Below are positions 1 to 10,423 of a stretch of 36,651 bases of DNA, piece after piece. Source of the DNA: Octopus bimaculoides (Eukaryota); NCBI RefSeq assembly GCF_001194135.2, contig NC_068993.1, positions 40,821,425-40,858,075 on the forward strand, given 5' to 3'. The position numbers and the translations under genes are program-made. Within the stretch, counting starts at the first letter, position 1; every line of letters begins with the position of its first letter. The notes beneath the pieces were generated by a model. The model was not told the DNA's origin. It saw only the letters and a list, made by a program, of their open reading frames with translations, and searched no databases.

Positions 1-66
1 AATTATTATGTTTTCTGTTTAGTTGATTTTGGTTTGTTTACCATTTAAAAAAAAAAAATCTATTTG

Positions 67-125
67 CTAATTTTCTTTTTGTTTCCAAATTTTATATAAT
101 CATCTCCTTCTTTTGACAGGTAAGC
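67..125 (+). other. Candidate recursive (ratchet) splice site: 3' acceptor directly fused to a 5' donor
   Basis: CTAAT branch-like motif at 67-71, T-rich tract, no AG from 23 to 117, then ...TTTTGACAG|GTAAGC with the junction at 119/120. Confidence 0.45.
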
Positions 126-199
126 TTTGTTTGTGAAGAATTAGTTGTCTGTAACTGCAGAATATTAGCATACATTAACAGTGATCCAAAATATTTGGT

Positions 200-249
200 T
201 TCTCTACTTACACCCTAGCCATACTAGTATGGTTGGGTGTAGTAGAGAA
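200..249. other. Near-perfect hairpin/palindrome, about 23 bp stem
   Basis: TTCTCTACTTACACCCTAGCCATAC-TA-GTATGGTTGGGTGTAGTAGAGAA pairs end to end with two single-T bulges (209, 216) and one G:T pair. Confidence 0.8.
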
Positions 250-738
250 TCTGTGAGTCAGTTGTAGTAGAAAGGAAGATTTTCTTTAGAGATAAAAAAT
301 AAGAAGTAAAAAAATAAAAAGCAGAAAGCCTTGATGCAAACTTGAAAACATTGCTTTAATTTTGATTATTAACAAGAAAATATAAATAACAGTTCCCCCT
401 TAAAGCTGTGCTAAAGCCATAAACAGAGCTCCATTCTTTGGAATGGATCCTGACTTAAGAGTTAGGGCAAAATGGAAATGGTATTACTCTGTCATTCACG
501 ATTATGGAATCATTTATTTCCATAATCTGTTATCAATTGATAAGGGTCTTTTACTTCAAAACATTTCACCTGTCATCAACTAGAATTTGAAAATGGAATT
601 GGTCTTTTGTCATTTTCGTTTAGTTTCATTTTTAAGTTAAACTTTATCATTCCATTTTTTTAAGGGAATTTTTTTTTTCCTTTCTCAAGAGACAATTGTT
701 TTTTGTAGTTTTCTTTTCTTTTTATTATTATTACTATT

Positions 739-987
739 AGGGTGGCAAGTTGGCAGAATCGTTAGCATGCTGGGCAGAAATGTTTCACAGCATTTTGTCC
801 GTCTTTACTTTCTGAGTTCAAATTCCACTGAGGTTGGCTTTGCTCTTCAACCTTTCGGGGTTGATAAATTAAGTAGCAGTTAAGTACTGGAGTCAATGTT
901 ATTGACCATCCCCCTCCCCTCAAATTCCAGGCATTGTGCCTATAGTAGAAAGGAGTATTTTTATTATTATCATTATTAATACTATTA

Positions 988-1048
<61 letters not shown>
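739..1048 (+). mobile_element. tRNA-derived SINE, family A, with (ATT)n tail
   Basis: A-box-like TGGCAGAATCG and B-box-like GAGTTCAAATTCC. Body shared with copies at 6.3, 27.1 and 33.1-33.9 kb. (ATT)n tail about 958-1048. Confidence 0.85.
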
Positions 1049-1700
1049 GTGATGAAAACTCACAGCATATTTTGCTGAGTATGATGAAAAGTGTCAGCTG
1101 TCCACAGCTAGCAGACTAAGGTGACACTTGTTCACTGGTCTTGCTCCAAGAACTCTATGAAGAATTCTTGCAGTTCCAAGCAATGTTAATTTTATAGATG
1201 TTCTACCTTCACACTTGCACCAGTCTTTTTTAGCCATGTTGGTAGTTGAGTACTGATACATCCAACTACATCAATTACTATTGATATCAAGTCTACTCTC
1301 CTCATCGACTGTATATATTATGTAGGTATGTGTTTGTGTATATGTCCTAATATGTACATGTGCATGTATGTAAGTATGTATTTTGTATATGTTAGAAAAT
1401 TATGTGAACATCAGTAAGAAGAGAAAGTCCCAGTAAACCAGTGCTCTCAACCAAAGCTACATTCTGTGCTATTTGTTCTGTCTGAATTACAGACACTTCC
1501 TTACCATTCGCATCATTGTAAATGCAGTAAAGCAATAATTGGTCCCATTGCAAACTTATAAACCAAAATGTAATTTTACAAAATTAATTAGTTCCTTCAT
1601 TATCATCAAGCTTTGGAACTGTTATTTGGGCTTTAGCTGGAGTATATTAGTGACTAGAAGAAACTTCTGAAAGTATTTCAAATTGTCACTTGTTAACCTT

Positions 1701-2002
1701 CATCATCATCATCACATCATCGTTTAACATCCGCTTTCCATGCTAGCATGGGTTGGACGATTTGACTGAGGACTGGCGAACTGGATGGCTGCACCAGGCT
1801 CCAATCTGATCTGGCAGAGTTTCTACAGCTGGATGCCCTTCCTGGCACCAACCACTCTGAGAGTGTAGTGGGTGTTTTTTACGTGCCACCTGCATAGGAG
1901 TCAGTCCAGCGGTGCTGGCAACTACCTCACTTGAATGTTTTGTTCACATGCCACCGACACAAGTGCCAGTAAGGCGACGCTAGTAACGATCACGCTCAAA
2001 TG
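1701..2002 (-). mobile_element. Family B retroelement 3' end (LINE-like, (GAT)n tail)
   Basis: (CAT)n then CGTTTAACATCCGCTTTCCATGCTAGCATGGG...CAGCTGGATGCCCTTCC, a block that recurs about 20 times in the window. Confidence 0.85.
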
Positions 2003-2159
2003 AACAGAATAACAACATCTCTGACATGGAATTCCTGAATAGTATGGTCTACATTTGGTACACTCTCATACCAGCATCATATTGATTTCTAAATAAATTC
2101 AGAAGCAGTCTGTAGATACCCCTAGATACTCTTTCTAATGCCAACCAGTTTACTAAAGC

Positions 2160-2320
2160 ATACTTTTCTTTTTTTGGTTTAGTTGAACAAATCGACCCCG
2201 GTACTAATATTAAGTCTGGTGCTGATTCTACTGGTCTTTTACATTGAACCACTTAGTTACAGAGATGTAAACAAACCAACATTGGTTGTCAAGGAGTGGT
2301 GGGGTACTAACACAGAGATG

Positions 2321-2370
<50 letters not shown>

Positions 2371-2372
2371 CG
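2160..2372 (-). mobile_element. Family C SINE, 3' half, ending in internal (CA)n
   Basis: AAATCGACCCC...GAACCACTTAGTTAC...GATGTAAACAAACCAACATTGGTTGTCAAG matches the C copy at 8.5 kb. Confidence 0.7.
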
Positions 2373-2487
2373 TAGTGTTTGCTGAATAGAACAGAGACCA
2401 GGCAGGGTTGAAGAAGACTCTAAGGGCTATGACATCTTTAATGCTGGCGGCATGGAAACAACCTCTCACCCCACCCCAGGTGCAATC

Positions 2488-2630
2488 ATGGCCGAGCATT
2501 TAAGAAACATGGTTTCAGGTTCGGTCCCGTTGTACAGTACCTCATGTAAGTGTCTTCTACTACAGCTCCAGGCTGACTAAAGCCTGGTCAACAAATTTCA
2601 TAGATAATAACTGCATGGAAGCCCATCATT
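2488..2630 (+). mobile_element. Family C SINE head, degenerate
   Basis: CATGGTTTCAGGTTCGGTCCC...AAGTGTCTTCTACTACAGC...GACTAAAGCC is the reverse complement of C heads elsewhere. Confidence 0.55.
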
Positions 2631-3114
2631 TCTCAATCTTTCTTTCTCTCTGTTTGTGTAGAAAGTCTCATGATTTTTCTCTGCTGTTTTCATTCAGGCT
2701 CCAATATGAAACTTACTGTTATTGTCTCCTCAGGTTTCCCCCTATTAACCAATGTTTGTCATATTGTAAACATTTACTACGAGAGACTCATCATTCAGCA
2801 ATATGATACTGTAAGGCAGCTTCTGCTCTCCTTGTAGGTATCAGTTTTATCAATGCAAAACAGTGACTAAGATCAAAACACCCGCCGCCGCCACCACCAC
2901 CACTGCCCTGCCACACACACCCTAAGTTACCCACTCCCGTTGCCTCCATTTCTTTATCACCACCACCACCACCATCATGCTATAATCTGCATATCACACC
3001 CCTTCGTTGTTTTCATTACAAATAACATGGAAGCTGATTGTGTCAAACAAACTTCATTTTTGAAGGAAAATCAAAGCCTAGAAGTGTTTCCAGCCAGATA
3101 GTTGATATCAAAAC

Positions 3115-3128
3115 TGTGTGTGTGTGTG

Positions 3129-3167
<39 letters not shown>

Positions 3168-3570
3168 GTTGAGGTATATAGGTATATATATGTATGTATG
3201 TATCAGCTAGCTGTTGCTTCTGTGTATCAATATGTTTATGTTCTATTCCATTTTTGTGCAACCCTTTCTTTTCTTTCTACTTCCATACACATCACCCCTC
3301 TGCTTCCCATCCTCCACCCACAACACTGCCGCCACCACCACCACCACCAACAACAATAATAATAACAACAGCAACACCAACACTGGTTTACGTTACTTAC
3401 TAATAAAATTACTTTGCACTCCTCAGACTCCGCAAAACTTACAATAATATTCTTCTCATTTTTACTTGAAATACTTGAAATACTTAGGATGTGTGTGTGT
3501 GTGTGCATGTGTGAGGAAGGGTGCATGTGTGTATGTGTTTGTAATATATATATATGTATGCATATATGTT

Positions 3571-3637
<67 letters not shown>

Positions 3638-3930
3638 GTATATTCATTGAATGAGAGATGAGCATGTTTATTTATATGTGATATGTGTGTGCATATGGGT
3701 GTATATGTAGCTACAAGCACATGTATGTATGTTGAGAAATTGCTTGCACATGTATGACTGTGATCATAGATGTGTATAATACACATTTTCACAAAATATA
3801 CATATATACATACACACACACATATATATATATGCATATACATCTATGTGTGTGTGTGTATATTATATATATATATTCATGTATGTGTATGAAACCATGT
3901 TTATATAAATACAGATACTCAGTGTGTGTG
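3115..3930. repeat. Compound microsatellite field: (TG)n, (TA)n, (CCA)n, (CAA)n
   Basis: Directly visible; accounts for the YI/VC-rich ORFs in the track. Confidence 0.9.
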
Positions 3931-4869
3931 TGTTTATGCACATAGCATCTAGGTATGCACGTTATGTACGCGTGTATCTGTGCATGCTTGTTTGTTTATG
4001 TATACGAGTGTGTCTACATATACAAAACCAATGATTGGTTCTATCTGTAACACACATTGATCCTCTAAATGTTTATTTAAGCTGCTTTCCCTTGTTTATC
4101 TACATCAATCTTTGCAATGTAATAGCTGCTAACTGCTGCCGTTTACTAAGCACAGTTAAAAACGTCACTCTCTCCCCCAACCTCTCCCCTTTTCTTTCCC
4201 CTTTTTCACACTCCGTTGTAAAGGACCGTTTCCATTACTAAATAACTCTTTCTTTGTTAAACTACTTGGGGGGAAAATATAAAATTTTAAGGAAATGACG
4301 CTACAATGGAAATTTTATTTGTTGCTCTCCTAATCTTGTGGCTTGCCGCCTTGATTTGTTAAACCTAATCCGATCTCTGATTTAATGTTGCCAGTTTGCC
4401 ATTGGGTTCTTGCACTTGTAGTGAAGTCCACTCTGTCATGGACATTCAGAACTGGATTTCTTTCGAGTTGAGGATACCTCAGCATCATGTGATGCTTTTT
4501 CCTTACTATACCTTCTTAGTATGGTGTCCCTCTGTGTTAAAGGGTACAAGTAAAGGTGGTTCTCCTGTAAAGATCCTCCACCACAGAGGAACTACTTTCA
4601 TAATCAGATATGGCAGTAATGCCTCAGGAGGCTGTTCCATTCACTGGTTCACCCACTGGCTTCTACTGACTTCCAGCTGGGTTAATTACAGTGACAAAAA
4701 TATATGCAAAGCATTGCTTAGTTGTCACTTGTAAGCCAGTGTGACCTGGTAGCATGTACCATGCTTTCACTAATTGTTTTAGGTGCCTGTTTAGTCATAA
4801 GAAGGCATAGATACTTTCCCAACCTTATACTGCTCTTGATCTAGTGAAATATCAAGGATGTAACAGCTG

Positions 4870-5048
4870 AAGGGAGAGAGAAATGTGGTGCCAGCATTTG
4901 GCTGGTACTCACTTTTAGTTCAGTAGACTGATGCATCATGTACCTTGCTCAACAAGTACCTTGTTCCAGGACATAATATACTGCCCAGTACAGGAATTGA
5001 ACTAACAATCTTATGAATCTGAAGCCAATATTCTAAGCACCAGGCTAT
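4870..5048 (-). mobile_element. Degenerate tRNA-head SINE fragment (D-like)
   Basis: CAGGAATTGAAC (reverse B-box) ...CTAAGCACCAGGCTA (reverse A-box region). Confidence 0.4.
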
Positions 5049-5400
5049 ACTTCAGCAACTCTTGACTTGTGGTTTCTTCCCCTTCCAGCCAGACCCTTGT
5101 GAAAGTTAAACCTACTGCTGTTTTACGTTTGACATGAATGAATATTGAATGACACACATCTGTCATTTCTAATTATGTGACAGGAGCTGCATCACTCAAT
5201 GGTCATCACATATAGTGATTGTTAAGGTGGAACGATGATGGTTCTAGACAGGACTGAATTAATACACTTTAAGTCATCTTCACAGCTACCAAGTGGCTTC
5301 TCTTGCCCAGCTGTCTCTCTCTCTGGGTCAGAGGAACGGCAAAGCCAGTATATTTGTGAAAGACAACTGAGCGCTTTACAACATAATAACTAGATCAGTC

Positions 5401-5570
5401 CACACTGTAAAGTGGTTGGCATTTGGAAAGGCATCCACCTGTGAAAACCGTGCCAAAACAGACACAGAAGTCTGGTGCAGGCTCCTGCCGAGCTAACTCC
5501 TGCCTAATCATCCAACCCATGCTAGCGTGGAAGGCAGAAGTTAAATGATGATGATGAGGATGATGATGAT
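5401..5570 (+). mobile_element. Family B 3' end
   Basis: GTGGTTGGCATTTGGAAAGGCATCCACCTGT...CATCCAACCCATGCTAGCGTGG...GTTAAATGATGATGATG. Confidence 0.75.
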
Positions 5571-5954
5571 CCTGCATGTTGACAGTAATGGTGTTGCTAA
5601 ATATAATGCATTTGTCATTTTGTTCAATATAGGAGCAGATATGTCTGTTATTCTGTGTGCATGAATATGGAACATTGCAACCACCACACAGACACACATT
5701 GTAGGCTATCTCCTTGGGATGGTACTCTATATAAACTACTATAAAGCAATGAATCTACATGCACCAAGACTTGTAGTTTACTAACCGTTACTGTCAACTC
5801 GTAACTTTTCTTTAGAATCATTAAAGCGCCATATATAATACCTTCTGGTATTTTCCCCCTCTTTTATGTTCTGTGTTTAAATCCTATCAAGGTCAGGTTT
5901 TGCTTCCATTCCTCTGAACACAATAACATAAAGTGCCCATCAAATATTGGGATC

Positions 5955-6290
5955 CATCATCATTTAACATCTGTTTTCCATGCTGCCATGGGCTGGAAAG
6001 TTTGACAGATACTGACCAACTGAAGGGCTGTTCTGGCTCCCTGACTGTTTTGACATGGTTTCTACCACTGGATGCCCTTCCTAATGTTAACCACTTTACA
6101 GGGTGTACTTGGTGCTTCAAGAAGCACCAGTATGCATGCATTTTACATAGCACCAGCTCCTACGAGCCTGTGAGATTAAGGATGCTCAGCTGGAGAGCAT
6201 TGCAGGGTACGAGCCCGTATGCAAGGACAACCACACGATTACTTAGCTTGACATATCTTTTCAAGCACAGCAAACCACCAGGAGTCTTGA
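5955..6290 (-). mobile_element. Family B copy retaining a putative ORF C-terminus
   Basis: B tail block. The minus strand at about 6239-6280 reads WWFAVLEKICQAK*, similar to YAVLEKTC*VK* at 16451-16486 (+). Confidence 0.75.
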
Positions 6291-6340
6291 TCAGTGTAAT
6301 CTAGTATTTTCATGGCCCAGATTACCAGTTAATAATTTTT

Positions 6341-6533
6341 TGTACTCCAGGCACAAGGCCTGAAATTTTGGGGATGGGGGCAGCAGTCAATTAGATCGAC
6401 CCCAGTATGCAGCTGGTACTCATTTTATTGACCCCCAAAAGGATGAAAGTCAAAGTCAACCACGGCAGAATTTGAACTCAGAACATAAAGACAGACGCCC
6501 GGCGTGCTAACGTTTCTGCCAACTCACTGCCCT
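6341..6533 (-). mobile_element. Family A SINE, internally deleted
   Basis: GGCACAAGGCCTGAAATTT...GATCGACCCCAG...GGTACTCATTTTATTGACCCC..AAGGATGAAAG...AATTTGAACTCAG...TTCTGCCAACTC. Confidence 0.8.
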
Positions 6534-6571
6534 AAAAAACAGTTAATAATGTGACCACTTTAGCTCCTTAA

Positions 6572-6770
6572 CTCTTTAGCATTTAAATAGGTCCTATCTG
6601 GCCCATGTATTCTCCCAGTTTTATGTTCAAACTGCCCAGATCTGATCTCTTACACCTACCCCACAACGTCATTCTAAAAATAAACAATCACATCATCAAA
6701 ATCTCAAAGCAACGAGTTAATGTATGATTAATTCAAAACAATGTGACTAAATAAGCATTATTTTTGACCC
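6572..6770 (+). mobile_element. TTAA-type MITE fragment (left end only)
   Basis: TTAA (6568-6571) then CTCTTTAGCATTTAAA. The body GTTCAAACTG.CCAGAT...CTC.TACACCTAC is shared with 16307-16410. No right terminus seen. Confidence 0.45.
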
Positions 6771-6829
6771 CTTCAATCAGGGAGTCTATGCAAAGCCCAA
6801 GGCTTTGTTTCTCTATCTTCTCCCTGCTC

Positions 6830-7095
6830 TTCCTTATCATCATTGTTGTCATCATAATTGCCATCGTCATAATTGTCATCGTCATCATTGTCATTGTCGT
6901 CATCATCTTCATTCCCTCTGTCACTACAGCCATTATCATCTTCACTGCCACCACCACCGTCATCATCATCATCACCACTACTACCATCATCGTTATCACC
7001 ACCACCACCATTACTACCACCACCATCACTACCACCACCACCATCATCACTACTACCACCATCATCACTACCACCACCACCATCACCACCGTTAT
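6830..7095. repeat. Mosaic triplet tract (ATC/ACC/GTC/ACT)n
   Basis: Directly visible; stop-free in several frames only because of the triplet register. Confidence 0.9.
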
Positions 7096-7449
7096 CAGCA
7101 TAATCAAGTATTTTAAAGAAACAATACTAAACAACAGTGTATGGTTACTAGGAGAATTGATGCATACATGAATATAAAACTCGTAGAGTGAAATTAGATG
7201 TTGTTGTTTGTATTTTCTAATGTTTTTTTTTATTATTATTATCATTATTGATGGAAACTAGAAACAACCTTTATATAAGTCTTTATGTGAATTTTCCCAA
7301 TTTTGGCCTGTTTTAATGTCTTTTACAAAGATTAACACACACACACACACACATATACATATACATACACATATATATATATACATACATATATATATGC
7401 ACACGCACACATATACACACACACAGACGCTCAAACATTCATTTACATG

Positions 7450-7495
<46 letters not shown>

Positions 7496-7778
7496 TATGC
7501 TTTGCTTGACCAATTTATCATTGCACCCAGTCACTGAATAAGCCGACTGTGTAGAAATTGTCGTGTTCAGTACACCAAGAAAAACACAAAATCTTCCATT
7601 CATCTCTCTTGCATATCGAGTAAAATAAAAATTCAAGTATTTTATAATTTTATAATACTGTATTATATTATATTATATTGCACTGGTGACAAAGTTTGAA
7701 ACTAACGACTCCCTCTCCCCCCTTCTCTCTCTCAGTCACTCACTTTGACTCTAAATATATATGTGTATGTGTGCTAGT

Positions 7779-8150
7779 CATCATCATCATCATCATCATA
7801 ATCATTAAGCTCCATGGGATGAACAGCTTGATAGGATCTGCTATGTCCAGGGACTGCATTGAGCTCCACCGACTACTTTGGCATGGTTTTTTCTTACAGC
7901 TGGATGCCATTGTTAATAGTAACCACTTTACAGTGTAGACTGGGGTGATGGTGCTTTTCTTTTGTACCATCTGAACTACTGAGGTTGCCATGCATTTCAC
8001 AGGACTATAAGCCCTGGATGAGGTGGGTTTGGGGATCAGCTGAACAGAGCTTATTTAGGCAGGTTTTCCACAGCTGGATGCCCTTCCTGTTACCAACCTT
8101 TACCTTTTTTCCATGGTTAGACATGTTCTTTCATTCATTTATAACAGTAC
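7779..8150 (-). mobile_element. Two adjacent degenerate family B fragments
   Basis: (CAT)n tail at 7779. CAGCTGGATGCC motif occurs twice (about 7897 and 8070). Confidence 0.6.
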
Positions 8151-8217
8151 ATGATGTTGAGATAAGGAGACACATACACACTCACATGTATGTGTGTGTG
8201 TGTGTGGATCAAATGTA

Positions 8218-8512
8218 TCAGGTTGGTGCAAAGGTAATGGCCGATTTTAAGGTCTCTATTAAAAATGAAAAAGCTCATGATTAAGACAATATCTATTCGT
8301 TAACATAATATCCATTGCTTTCTAGAACTCCATTCAATTTATCAACAAGCTTCTATATGCCATGCTTGTAAAATTCTTTAGGTTTTGATGTAAATTATGA
8401 ATCTCACTCATTTTCAGCCTCTTGATGTCACCCTAAGACCATTCAAATGGTTCTTCAGTCCCTGAAACAAGTGATAATCATAAGGAAAGTGGATATTAAT
8501 TGATGATGGCGG
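8218..8512 (-). mobile_element. Mariner (Tc1/mariner superfamily) DNA transposon, 3' fragment with right TIR
   Basis: TA at 8216-8217, then TCAGGTTGGTGCAAAGGTAATGGCCGATTTT (mariner-type TIR), adjacent to a degenerate transposase C-terminus. Confidence 0.9.
8293..8512 (-). pseudogene. Mariner transposase C-terminal fossil
   Basis: Manual translation: PPSSINIHFPYDYHLFQGLKNHLNGLRVTS / frameshift / EAENE*DS*FTSKPKEFYKHGI*KLVDKLNGVLESNGYYVNE*. This resembles the mariner YSPDLAPSDYHLF...FYxxGIxKLxxRWxxVxxxNGxY region. Three internal stops. Confidence 0.85.
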
Positions 8513-8521
8513 TATATATGT

Positions 8522-8732
8522 ATACTCTTTACTCTTTTACTTGTTTCAGTCATTTGACTGCGGCCATGCTGGAGCACCGCCTTTAGTCAAACAAATCGAC
8601 CCCAGGACTTATTCTTTGTAAGCCTAGTACTTAATCTATCAGTCTATTTTGCCGAACCACTAAGTTACGGGGACATAAACACACCGGCATCGGTTGTCAA
8701 GCGATGCTGAAGGGACAAGCATCGACACACAA

Positions 8733-8783
<51 letters not shown>

Positions 8784-8880
8784 TACGACGGGCTTCTTTC
8801 AGTTTCCGTCTACCAAATCCACTCACAAGGCTTTGGTCGGCCCGAGGCTATAGTAGAAAACACTTGCCCAAGGTGCCACT
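8522..8880 (-). mobile_element. Family C SINE with internal (CA)/(TA)n, head truncated
   Basis: TACTCTTTTACTCTTTTACTTGTTTCAGTCATTTGACTGCGGCCATGCTGGAGCACC...(TA)n...TTTCAGTTTCCGTCTACCAAATCCACTCACAAGGC. Confidence 0.9.
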
Positions 8881-8899
8881 TCAGCTGGCACCACTTAAT

Positions 8900-9072
8900 A
8901 GCACCCAGCACACTGTAAGATGGTTAATGTTAGGAAGGGTACAAAGCTGTAGGAATGAAGCCAAATGATACTGGAACCAGGCATAGCTCTCCTGCTTGTT
9001 AGCTCCGGTCAAACCATCCAGCCCATACTGGTATGGGAAACAGACATTAAATGATGATGATGATGATGATGG
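8900..9072 (+). mobile_element. Family B 3' end, degenerate
   Basis: GTTAGGAAGGGTAC...GTCAAACCATCCAGCCCAT...ACATTAAATGATGATG. Confidence 0.65.
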
Positions 9073-9111
9073 ATAGATAGACAGATATATGTATATTTAT
9101 AGGTATATGTC

Positions 9112-9492
9112 CTCCTTGGCACTCCGTCGCTTACGACGTCAAGGGTTCCAGTTGATCTGATCAGCGGAACAGCCTGCTCGTGAAATTAAGGTGCAAGTGG
9201 CTGAGCACTCCACAGACACGTGTACCTTTAACGTAGTTCTCGGGGATATTCAGTGTGACACAGTGTGACAAGGCTGACCTTTTGAATTACAGGCACAACA
9301 GAAACAGGAACTAAGAGTGAGAGAAAGTTGTGGTGAAAGAGTACAGCAGGGTTCGCCACCATCCCCTGCCAGAGCCTCGTGGAGCTTTGGGTGTTTTCGC
9401 TCAATAAACACTCACAACGCCTGGTCTGGGAATCAAAACCTCGATCCTATGACCACGAGTTCGCTGCCCTAACCACTGGGCCATTGCACCTC
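9112..9492 (-). mobile_element. Family D tRNA-head SINE
   Basis: Reverse complement starts GAGGTGCAATGGCCCAGTGGTTAGGG (A-box) ...GGTTTTGATTCCC (B-box). 3' region shared with 10920-11202. Confidence 0.8.
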
Positions 9493-10423
9493 NNNNNNNN
9501 NNNNNNNNNNNNNNNNNNNNNNNNNNNNNNNNNNNNNNNNNNNNNNNNNNNNNNNNNNNNNNNNNNNNNNNNNNNNNNNNNNNNNNNNNNNNNNNNNNNN
9601 NNNNNNNNNNNNNNNNNNNNNNNNNNNNNNNNNNNNNNNNNNNNNNNNNNNNNNNNNNNNNNNNNNNNNNNNNNNNNNNNNNNNNNNNNNNNNNNNNNNN
9701 NNNNNNNNNNNNNNNNNNNNNNNNNNNNNNNNNNNNNNNNNNNNNNNNNNNNNNNNNNNNNNNNNNNNNNNNNNNNNNNNNNNNNNNNNNNNNNNNNNNN
9801 NNNNNNNNNNNNNNNNNNNNNNNNNNNNNNNNNNNNNNNNNNNNNNNNNNNNNNNNNNNNNNNNNNNNNNNNNNNNNNNNNNNNNNNNNNNNNNNNNNNN
9901 NNNNNNNNNNNNNNNNNNNNNNNNNNNNNNNNNNNNNNNNNNNNNNNNNNNNNNNNNNNNNNNNNNNNNNNNNNNNNNNNNNNNNNNNNNNNNNNNNNNN
10001 NNNNNNNNNNNNNNNNNNNNNNNNNNNNNNNNNNNNNNNNNNNNNNNNNNNNNNNNNNNNNNNNNNNNNNNNNNNNNNNNNNNNNNNNNNNNNNNNNNNN
10101 NNNNNNNNNNNNNNNNNNNNNNNNNNNNNNNNNNNNNNNNNNNNNNNNNNNNNNNNNNNNNNNNNNNNNNNNNNNNNNNNNNNNNNNNNNNNNNNNNNNN
10201 NNNNNNNNNNNNNNNNNNNNNNNNNNNNNNNNNNNNNNNNNNNNNNNNNNNNNNNNNNNNNNNNNNNNNNNNNNNNNNNNNNNNNNNNNNNNNNNNNNNN
10301 NNNNNNNNNNNNNNNNNNNNNNNNNNNNNNNNNNNNNNNNNNNNNNNNNNNNNNNNNNNNNNNNNNNNNNNNNNNNNNNNNNNNNNNNNNNNNNNNNNNN
10401 NNNNNNNNNNNNNNNNNNNNNNN
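9493..10423. other. Assembly gap
   Basis: N run, 931 nt. Confidence 1.

Noticed and set aside
739-830. tRNA genes (A- and B-box hits here and at 9.4, 10.9, 18.8 and 33.5 kb)
   Set aside because: These are SINE heads. No intact cloverleaf is visible and each continues into a repeat body.
1049-1125. C/D-box snoRNA (GTGATGA...CTGA..ATGATGA)
   Set aside because: No terminal D box or terminal stem; the first box arises at the end of an (ATT)n tail.
7700-7745. Perfect-looking acceptor (ACTAAC + pyrimidine tract + CAG)
   Set aside because: The tract is a CT-type simple repeat and no donor or open exon follows.
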